Shown piece by piece: positions 54,768 to 64,000 of a DNA stretch of 64,000 bases (the stretch's first letter is position 1; the number at the start of each line of letters is the position of its first letter). Position numbers and translations under genes: made by a program. Origin of the DNA: Paraspadella gotoi (Eukaryota; Animalia; Chaetognatha); the NCBI GenBank assembly GCA_051294375.1, contig JBJCIZ010000239.1:6298746-6362745 (forward strand), given 5' to 3'. Under the pieces are notes generated by a model that saw nothing but the letters and a program-made list of their open reading frames with translations, was not told the origin of the DNA and did not search any database.

Positions 54768-54847
54768 GTTGGCTTTGGGGGCTTCCGACCCTCAGTGACG
54801 CATCCAGTCACTGGCGCGGTTACCCTAGGACGGTCTCGCTTTGCAAC
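54768..54847 (-). ncRNA. Type-P5 twister ribozyme candidate in the 3' LTR (best-preserved core)
   Basis: Minus strand: GUUGC AAA GCGA GA CCG UCCUAGGG UAA CCGC GC CAGUGAC UGGAUGC GUCACUG A GGG UCGG AA GC CCC CAAA GCCAAC; P2, P3, P4, P5, T1 (CGG/CCG) and T2 (GC/GC) can all be assigned. Confidence 0.75.
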
Positions 54848-55069
54848 GCAAAGGGAAGTCATTAGGACTGTGGATGGAACACTACGCCTGGGATGGTGTG
54901 TTCCCCTCTGAGCCAATGGATTTGGCTGAACGATGGTGGACGTGAGGCGGTGTGAATATACCGCCACAGGATCCCGGACCAAGACATCACTCAGGTTCCT
55001 CAAGCCTGAGAGGTGTCCTGACAAGACTGTCACCATAGTGGAGAGAGAGAGAGAGAGCGCGAGTTGTGG

Positions 55070-55167
55070 GGGCATAGGCGTTTGTTCGTAGCGTACCCCA
55101 GGGGCATAGGCGTTTGTCGTAGCGTACCCGAAGTCGGCAGGGCATAGGCATTTGTCGTAGCGTACCC
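55070..55167. repeat. Three tandem units of about 30 bp (GGGCATAGGCGTTTGTCGTAGCGTACCC) in the element core
   Basis: Visible directly. Confidence 0.9.
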
Positions 55168-55258
55168 TGAGAAGGTTGCGTGTTCGATAGTAGGGCTCCA
55201 CCACTTTTATGGCACAGCCGGGTTGCCTGTGATGCCCATTGGGATGGGGCATCTCACT

Positions 55259-55340
55259 GTTGGCTTTGGGGGCTTCCGACGCCTCAGTGACGCATCCAGT
55301 CACTGGCGCGGTTACCCTAGGACGGTCTCGCTTTGCCAAC
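55259..55340 (-). ncRNA. Type-P5 twister ribozyme candidate in the 5' LTR
   Basis: Same motif with a perfect P5 (GUUGGC/GCCAAC) and one extra base in the P4 5' strand. Confidence 0.68.
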
Positions 55341-55875
55341 GCAGAGGGAAGTCATTAGGATGGTGGATGGAACACTAACGCCTGGGATGGTGTGTTCCCC
55401 TCTGAGCCAATGGATTTGGCTGAACGATGGTGGACGTGAGGCGGTGTGAATATACCGCCACAAATGTTAAAATTGAGGGATGAGGAACAGAAAAAGGCGC
55501 GTTTTGGGAAATTAGTGCCATTATTTTCTTCATTAATAACTTGAAACTATTTTGAAGAATCACCATTTCTGGCGGCGTCGCGCTTCAAACTCAAAACGGC
55601 GTTCGTTGCCGGATATCACGGCGTCGTTGCCGGAATTCGCCGGGTCGTTGCCGGATTGAGAGACGTCAATTCCGGCGTCGATAGTATCCATTGTCGTCGT
55701 CGTCGTCGTCGTCGTTGTCGTCGTTGATTCAACTGGAGGCCGAAGTTCGGTCAAGTCGTTAGCGGCTAAAAAGAAAATATCGTCGTCGTGAAATTTATAT
55801 TTCTCAGAAATCGTCTTCGTTATCATCATCGTCGTCGTCGTCATCGTTATCTTCGTCATCGTCATTAACTGGAAA

Positions 55876-55907
<32 letters not shown>

Positions 55908-55957
55908 CTCTTTCTCTTTCTCTCTCTTCTCTCTCTCTCTCTCTTCTCTCTCTCTCA

Positions 55958-56018
<61 letters not shown>

Positions 56019-56413
56019 TTCCATCTTCAATCGCGCTTCGCGCCAATCCCGCCTTTCTCTTGACCTCCTCCGTCGCTCCCCACACTTTCGTTTCGCGCCC
56101 ACGCTTCGCCCACGCCTCCGCCACGCCCTCCGCCCACGCCTCCGGCTCCGTGGTCGCCCCGATACATGGAGGCCGCCTCGAATCCCAGCGGCGCGCTCCA
56201 AAGGCTCGCCCGGCGTCGTCACGGGCGCCGACTGAGGAACCGGCGTCGGTCAGCGTCATCGGAGGACGATGAAGAGGATGAGCGGCGTCATTGTTGAGGA
56301 GAAGATGAGGAGGAGGGGGAGAAGAGAAGGGGATGTGGTTGTTTGCCAGGTCGGCGATAACGCGTCTTTGGGGGGGGGGGCAGAAAAAAGGGAAAAAAGA
56401 ATAAGTGGCTCCC

Positions 56414-56647
56414 TTATCCGAGAGTGCCCAATTATCGTTCCTTTATCCCATAATTTCATTTTAACTTTTAACCTAAATATATTTTTAGTTTAGGGTTAAA
56501 AATTAAGGATAACAGTTTTAGATTGGGTTAAGGTTTAAAGATAAGGGTCAGGAATTGGTTTAAAAGTATAACCATACATATTATAAATTATAAGGGTTAA
56601 AATTAACTTCTGGGATAAAAAAACAGAAATGGGGCTCTCTCGGAGAA
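56414..56647. mobile_element. MITE-like element with degenerate TTAGGG interior
   Basis: Imperfect TIRs TTATCCGAGAGTGCCCAAT / ATGGGGCTCTCTCGGAGAA. Confidence 0.6.
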
Positions 56648-57331
56648 GAGAGTCGTCGTAACGTTGAACTCACCCAAAGGCTCGTGATGCGCGGAAATTC
56701 TAGACGAGGATCGAATTGAATGAGTAAAGTTGGGTAAGGGAAGGTAAGGGTGATGATGATGATGATGATGATGAGAAGGAGGAGGAGGATGTTGATGATG
56801 ATGTTGACGATGAGGAAACTGATGGTGATTTGAGGAATCTGCAAAAACAATTTTATTTTTAGTAGGTTTTTTTGCTTTTAATATATATATATTTATTATA
56901 TTTATTATTTAATATATAATTAATACTGGAGCAGAAATGCAATATTCATTTTATTCTGTATCTATTTATTCTGTATCATTTTACTCTGTATCTATTCGCG
57001 AATAATACCAAAAAAAAATCCTTACTATTTCTCAATGGTCAAAAATATTTTAACTTTATTATTACAGTAAATACCCAGGAGCGTGTTTAAACATGGGGTA
57101 AGTTTACAGTAATATATTAAAGTTGCAAACTATGGTGGACTNNNNNNNNNNTACTGTCTCTTCAAAACAAAACTACCTGCGTCATTGTACAGATCGGTCG
57201 AATAACAAGCGGGGTTTACGGCATAGTGAAGCGAAGTCTGCGATGAGTGAACTAAAAATAAAATAAATGATTTAAGTTTAGTATATTTAAAGATGTTGTA
57301 GAATTGCTCCCCATAATTTTAAATGGAATTA

Positions 57332-57630
57332 TTTTCCCAGAGCGCCCCATTTCACCTTAAATTCGGGATTCAATTATATTGGTTTAAAGGTATAAAGATC
57401 AGGGTAAGAGATTAGGGTTAGCGATTAGGTTAGTGACAAGGTTTAAGGATATACTAGGGTTAGGGGGTTAGAGATTAGATTGCAATGTTTTCAGTTAGGG
57501 TCAATGATTAGGTTAGGGTTACAGATTAGGGTTAAGATAGGGTTTTAAATTTAGTAATAGATTAAGGTTTAATATTATGGCTAAATTAATATCAGTGATT
57601 AAGGAACAGTTATGGGGCGCTTTCAGAAAA
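57332..57630. mobile_element. MITE-like element with degenerate TTAGGG interior
   Basis: 19-bp imperfect TIRs TTTTCCCAGAGCGCCCCAT / ATGGGGCGCTTTCAGAAAA. Confidence 0.7.
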
Positions 57631-58935
57631 GAGAGCCTTTTAAGTTTTAAACAAGTCTATTTGACACCGATGGGGTCGTTATTTGTTTATCCACGTTTCC
57701 AAGGCGTTTGTTAAAAAAAAGAACTGTTTTTATCAACGTTCGCGTAAAGAGTCATTAAGATCTTACATTAACTCATAAATCTCTTCTGGATTCTGTCTAG
57801 AAAAAAAAATTCTTTTTTCTTTTAAATTTTCCAAATTCTTTTTATCTGAATTTTATTTTCTTTTTTTTTTTTTTGCTTTCTTATTTTACGCAACTTCCCT
57901 TTTTTCTCCTGTAAATCCAGCAACTTTAAATTTCTTTCTTTTTTGTTACTTTTAAACTTTATTATTACAGTAAATACCCAGGAGCGTATTTAAATATGGG
58001 GTCCAATATACAATCGCTCTTGCTCCTGTCTTTGGCCAGGTTGTTTTAGAATTTTATAATTTCAAAATTAATTCTATAAAAACTTTTTTTTCCCCAACTT
58101 TCATCGTCTTCCTCTTCCTTTCCCCTTTGCCTTTGGATTGTCTTTTTCTCTTCCTTGTTCGTCTCCTTCCATTTTTATTCACTTTTTCTTTACATCTTTT
58201 TCCCAAAATTTCTCCCTTTTTTTTTCCTTTTCCTTTATTTTGGGTCCCTTTTCCCTTTATTCGTCTCTCCTTTTTTTTCTTGACGAAATCCAGACGATGG
58301 TGCTCGATTTTTATCGAAGAAAAGTCGATGATTTATGAAAGAGGGAAAAGAGATTTGTGAGTTCTCTCGCTCTCTGTCTCTTTCTCTTTATGTCTCTGTC
58401 TGTCTCTGTCTCGTCCCTCCAATCTTTCTCTCGCTTTCTTTCTTTTTTTTTTCGTCTTTGTTCTTTCTTTCTTTCTTTCTTTTCTTTTCTTTCTTCTTTC
58501 TTTCTTTTCTTTCTTCTTTCTTTTCTTTCCTTTCTCTCTCTCATCTCTCTCTCTCTCTTCGTCTTTTCTTCTCTCTCTTTCTTCTCTCTCTTCATTCTCT
58601 CTCTCTCTCTCTTCCTTATCCCTAGCGATTTGTTCTGCCGCTGCTGAAATTATCATCATCATTAGCAACTTACCTTATTTCTATTAACCACGATAACAGA
58701 CAAAACCATCAAAACCATCAAATCGTTCACAATATTACTCAATTAATCCATAATTTAATCCACTCAATTGTGAATAATTTAACTACTTTTCCTTCTCTTC
58801 CTTCCTCCTCCTCCTCCTCCTCCACTCCTCCCGCCGTTTTAGCTTAGAGAAAACTTCGCTTGTCCCACATTGTCTTGGACAACTAAATACTTGTTCAGTG
58901 TTCACCAACCGTGAGTTAAGTTAACGACCTGAATT

Positions 58936-59057
58936 AAGTGTGGATGGTGTCGGCGTAAACTCTCCCAAGTGACATCCTGGTGGTTACTGCAGGTCCAAAC
59001 CCCTGAGCGGAAGATGCCTCACTCCCAGGGCATCACTCATGTCTCCCCGTTGCCATA
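58936..59057 (+). mobile_element. 3' part of a diverged relative of the twister LTR
   Basis: Same order of elements: GA-TGG, TAA, AGTGAC/GTTACT stem, CAGG-TCCAAACC-CCTG, GATGCC..GGCATC hairpin, GTTGCCATA end; 5' boundary and TSD not found. Confidence 0.5.
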
Positions 59058-59579
59058 AATATTTATTTATTAATTGAAAAGATAATTTAATATTGATTGT
59101 ACCGATTCCATATTCCTCCATTAATCTTGAATCAAGGTTTATCCTTTCATGTTATTATCTTGGTCATGAAAGTCCTAAACCACCATAGCTTCTTTGACAA
59201 ATGTATTAATAATTGTTATATTATTACTCTTAACAAACTTTGGGCTCTGAATTTTTATACGATCTTTATTCAATTACGATCACGATTTTACAACTTGGAA
59301 AAAAATAGCGAGTTACTCTATCGAATTTATTGATTAATTCTCATCCATGAGCAAAATTTAAAATTTAAAGTCTCAATCAAAATTGTCGGATCAAAAGAGA
59401 GAAAATTCCTGATCTCTCTCCCTCTCTTCTCTCATCTCTTCTCTCTCTCCTCTCTCTCTCTCTATCTCTCTCTCTTCTCTCTCTCTCTCCTCTCTCTTTC
59501 TTTTTCTCCTTCTTGAGTCTCACGCTTTCGTCGCCATCACAGAACTTTCACCTATGATCCCGGATTGTTTCGCTGAAGA

Positions 59580-59610
<31 letters not shown>

Positions 59611-59675
59611 GCTCTTCTCTCTCTTCTCTCTCCTGCTCTCTCTCTCATCTCTCTCTCTCTCGTCTCTCTCTCTCT

Positions 59676-59718
<43 letters not shown>

Positions 59719-59899
59719 CCTTTTTTTCCTTCCCCCTAAACGTCCGAGTAAAAAAGGCGGTTGTCAGCGCGAGGGCCGGATTTCGAGACTCGCCGGGAAT
59801 TTCTCTGTCTCCTCTCGATCGAGCTCATTCTCCGTTGGGAGAGAGAGAGAGATAGGGAGAGAAAAGAGAGAGAGAAAGAGAGAGAGAGGAGAGAGAGAG

Positions 59900-59955
<56 letters not shown>

Positions 59956-61718
59956 CCCTCTTTGAACTCCGATCATTTCGCTACTCACTTTTCTTTTCTT
60001 TAAGCCTAATTTTTTCTCATTCACCCCCCTTTTTTTTAATCTCTNNNNNNNNNNNNNNNNNNNNNNNNNNNNNNNNNNNNNNNNNNNNNNNNNNNNNNNN
60101 NNNNNNNNNNNNNNNNNNNNNNNNNNNNNNNNNNNNNNNNNNNNAAACCTCTGGCTTTGTTCGTCAGAGCTTAGTCCTAATATATACTGTCAAAATTTCA
60201 AAATAGTTTTTTTTAAATTCTGAGAACAGATTCTAATTCCTCGTATATAGTTGATAAAAGAAAATATAAATTTTTTTTTCAAAAATTATGTTATTAAGTA
60301 GGTTAAAATTACAAAAAAATATATTTTTAAGCAGGAAATTGAAAATCGGCATCTTAAATATAATTTTTTACATTTTTAACCAACTTAATGAAATAATTTT
60401 TAAAAAAGAATTATACTTCCTTACATCAACATTTTGTAAGAAATCCAAATCTGTTCTTAAAATTTAAAAAAATTATCTTATTATTTACTTATTATTAAAT
60501 ATAAATATAGCTCACTGGTGCCCACTAATGTATAAAATTAAAAAATAAATTTACCAAAGTATTTTTATTGGTTTTTATTTTCAAATTTTATGTGCTAAAT
60601 TTTATTTTTTAAAAAATTTATTATTTTCACAACACTCTATTGTATATACTATATGCGAATGTAATGTTTATGTAATATCTATTTTAAAAAGTAGCAATAT
60701 ATTATATTTAATATTTAAAAAAAAAAAAAGAGAGAGAGAGAGAGAGAGTGCAAACGAATGGGTTTATTAATAATTTTTAAAAAATGTGCGTGATCCTCAT
60801 GACATTAGGTCAATTACCAAATTTTTTTTTTAAATGTTTTTTAATAAGCTCGAAAAAATTTTTTTCTCATGGTCAACAAATTAATAAATTTTTTTTTGTC
60901 ACGGACGAAAATGCAAAATTTTTGCAAAAATCCAGACCAAAAATTAATGTTTAAAAACAGCGAAACGAACTTTAAACGAGAGAGATCAGAGGAGAGGAGA
61001 GAGAGAGAGAGAGAGAGAGGTAGAGAGAGTAGAGAGAGAGAGAGAAAAAGAATTTTGCATTTTGATAAAGACTTATTAGAATTTAAAACCTCCTGTTTCT
61101 AACGAATGGGCTTTCTTGACCGAAGACCTCAAGACTCGCAGGACCATCTACCCCCAGACCCCAAGACTAGATCGCCATAAGAACCTAAAGAACAATTTTA
61201 GAAGAAAAATCACGTTCACTTGTGAAGTCTGATTTGATGATGATATTTTTTCACTGCCATCATTACCCTTTTCCTTTCTCTTTTCTTCTTTTTTCCTCCT
61301 CCTCCTCTTTCATCCTCCTCCTCTTCATCAAATATTAACTTTAATCTTCTTCTCTCTTCGTTCTTTTACACCGCGCTATCGTGAGGCGCGCGCTTACGGC
61401 CGCTCGTCGTCGTCGTCGTCGTCGTCGTGTCGTCGTCGTCGTCGTCGTCGTCGTCGTGTCGCCTTCTTAAAAACTTTTTTCATTTTCATCCAAAAAGTTT
61501 CGGGGTTTTCGGNNNNNNNNNNNNNNNNNNNNNNNNNNNNNNNNNNNNNNNNNNNNNNNNNNNNNNNNNNNNNNNNNNNNNNNNNNNNNNNNNNNNNNNN
61601 NNNNNNNNNNNNNNNNNNNNNNNNNNNNNNNNNNNNNNNNNNNNNNNNNNNNNNNNNNNNNNNNNNNNNNNNNNNNNNNNNNNNNNNNNNNNNNNNNNNN
61701 NNNNNNNNNNNNNNNNNA

Positions 61719-62075
61719 GAGCGGGGGTTTTTCCGCCCTAATATAACAACATACTTGTAAGAGTGATGGAGGCCTTAAACCACCAAAGCCTGTACAAGTC
61801 AGCGGGCAAGATAGCTTATTTATTAAATGCCAATGGATAATTTATTTGATTGTACCAAATTCTATATTCATATGAATTAATAAACAAACAGAATGTTTAT
61901 AAAACAATATTTATGTTTAATTTTTACAACACTTTACACTTTTAATCTAACTCATTGACCCACTCCGCTGAAGGAACACTCATTTAAGCCAGAAATCAGT
62001 CAGTCCGTCCGTCCCTCCGTTCTTCCGTCAGTATGTCCGTTATCTCGAGAAAAAAAAAACTTTTATTTTCAAGCT
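61719..62075. mobile_element. Short interspersed element with a (GTCC)n-like microsatellite, possibly Helentron-associated (HINE/DINE-like); inverted copy at about 63735-63964
   Basis: CAGTCCGTCCGTCCCTCCGT...ATGTCCGT tract; reverse-complement copy downstream. Confidence 0.4.
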
Positions 62076-62662
62076 CATCAATATCAAATTTTAATCTTTT
62101 TTTAAAAATTTAATCTTATCCTTAAACTTTATCCCAAACACCAATCAAATTTTTATCATCAATCCCTTATCCCTTAACTTATTCTACAACCTTTACAACC
62201 CTAATCCTGGACCAAAATTTTAACGTAGTTTTTAACTTAATCTCTTACACTAATCTCTAACCAACTTGTTATTCCTAACCCATTACCTAATTAATAATCA
62301 TAAAAACTTAGTTTTAACCTAAATTAAAATTTAAAGTTTAAATAAAAAGCACATTTTGAACTTAATTTTAAACTTAATATAAAAAAATCTAAAATAATTT
62401 AAATATGATTTATAAGAATAATATTTTTTATTTCATTTTTTTTGTAAACCATATTAAAATTATTTTATTTTTCCTAATCTTAAACGTAATCTTTAACCCA
62501 AATCCTAATTCGTATCCCTTAACCCGAAACCCGTAATTCTCGAAATTGAAAATAAAATAACTTAAAAATTTTGAGTATTAGGCTGAAATGGGGCTCTTTT
62601 GGCAAATATGGCCCAAAAATCAAATTGATAAAAGGCGGAGGAACCAAAATGGAACGAAGATC

Positions 62663-62702
<40 letters not shown>

Positions 62703-62913
62703 CGGTGACGGTGATGACGACGATGATAACGACAACGATTAACTTATGACGATGACAAAGGCGATGACAACGACGATGAATATCATGAAGAAGGTGACGA
62801 CGACGACAACGACGATGACAATGAGTATTAAGATGAAGACGACAATAACGCCGATGATGATGACGACGATGACGACGACGATGATGATGAGAATGAGGAT
62901 GAAGAAGAAAACT

Positions 62914-62950
<37 letters not shown>

Positions 62951-63569
62951 ACAGTAGATAACGAAACCGGCGATGATGATAAACGAGTTTTCCTTTTTTT
63001 TTTATGAACCAAACGATAAGATTTAGCAAAAAGTCAAAAATAATAAATAAATAAATAAATAAATAAAAAGTTTTACCAGTTAGAAACTCGTAAGATAGAC
63101 AAGCAAGCGAGCAAGCAATCGAGCAAGCAAGCAAGCAATCGAGCAAGCAAACATGCGAGCAAACAAGCGAGACAATTCAATTCGCGGCAGCCGTAGATAT
63201 TTTCTATTTTAAATCCGAACCAAAAAAAAAGAAAAAANNNNNNNNNNAAGTTAATATTTGAATGAAGAGGAGGAGGAGGAGGAAGAGGAGGAGGAGGAAA
63301 AAATGGAAGAAGAAGAGGAAGAGGAAAAGGGTAATGATGGCAGTGAAGAAAATATCACAATCAGATTCACAAGTGAAGGTGATTTTTCTTCTAAAATTTG
63401 TTCTTTAGGTCTTTATGGGCGATCTAGGGTCTTGGGGTCTGGGGGTAGATTGGGTCTGCTGAGTCTTGAGGTCTTCGGGTCAAGGAAAGCTCCATTCGTT
63501 AGAAACAGGAGGTTTTAAATTCTAATAAGTCTTTATCAAAATGCAAAATCTTTTCTCTTTCTCTCTATC

Positions 63570-63618
<49 letters not shown>

Positions 63619-64000
63619 TCTCAATGTTGGAGCAAAGTTGAAGAAAACCTGCCAAGTGGGTGATAATTGTTATCTTTTTCCAAGTTTCTATGTTGCCCAT
63701 GAAGAAAACGATAATTTTTTTTTTTGAAAATGAAACTTGAAAAAAAAGTTTTTTTCTAGAGATAACGGACATACTGACGGAAGAACGGAGGGACTGACGG
63801 ACCGACTGATTTCTGGCTTAAATGAGGTTCCTTCACGGAGTAAGTCAATGAGTTTAGTAAAAGTGTAAAAGTGTTTAAAAATTTAAACAATAAATATATG
63901 TTTATAAACAATACTGTTTGTTATATTTCTATTGATATGTTTTAATTAGCGGAAAACCCCGCTCATCAATATCAAATTTTAATCTTTTTTTAAAAATTTA

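Larger units (their letters stand above)
54647..55462 (-). mobile_element. Non-autonomous two-LTR miniature retroelement (TRIM/retrozyme-like), 816 bp
   Basis: Direct repeats 55208-55462 and 54647-54968 around a 239-bp non-coding core; TSD AATG at 54643-54646 and 55463-55466; minus-strand termini TGTGGC...GCCATA; PBS-like TGGTGGAG 4 nt after the 5' LTR. Confidence 0.88.

Noticed and set aside
55070-55167. CRISPR-like array
   Set aside because: Only three repeats with 2-8-nt spacers, inside a eukaryotic mobile element, and no cas genes
55182-55203. tRNA gene
   Set aside because: Only a T-loop-like 7-mer and an encoded CCA end; no cloverleaf, so treated as a PBS
54743-55339. 198-aa ORF, plus related ORFs at 21374-21715 and 21403-21678
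   Set aside because: They overlap the structured LTR, frames are not conserved between copies and no domain is recognisable
55208-55462. Hammerhead or HDV-like ribozyme in the LTR
   Set aside because: No CUGANGA plus GAAA core in a three-way junction and no conserved HDV P3/L3 nested pseudoknot; twister fits far better
62660-62960. Thr/Met-rich or Asp-rich ORF
   Set aside because: (GAC/GAT)n trinucleotide low-complexity tract with no convincing splice or domain evidence

Overview
This is eukaryotic (animal, probably invertebrate) DNA: AT-rich GT-AG introns full of (CT/GA)n microsatellites, GC-rich exons and N gaps. The supplied ORF track is mostly spurious, so I read the genes exon by exon. 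Four genes are recognisable: a TET-family methylcytosine dioxygenase (+, about 0-25 kb), a divergent TRPC-like cation channel (-, about 26-41.6 kb), a single-ORF C2H2 zinc-finger gene (+, 43821-46625) and a Tbx1/10 T-box gene (-, about 48.8-54.3 kb or further). Large parts of TET, TRP and Tbx appear two or three times as indel-riddled tandem copies, most likely assembly or long-read artefacts. Two discoveries stand out. (1) A small non-coding LTR element (TG...TA ends, 4-bp TSDs, PBS-like motif) occurs as one two-LTR copy (54647-55462) and as solo LTRs. Its LTR folds by eye into a circularly permuted type-P5 twister ribozyme, which suggests an animal LTR retrozyme built on twister rather than hammerhead. 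A diverged relative near 59 kb shows pseudoknot covariation. (2) TET carries a tandem pair of homologous, about 129-nt candidate mutually exclusive exons encoding two versions of its DNA-recognition loop. All calls are by eye; no searches or folding programs were run.
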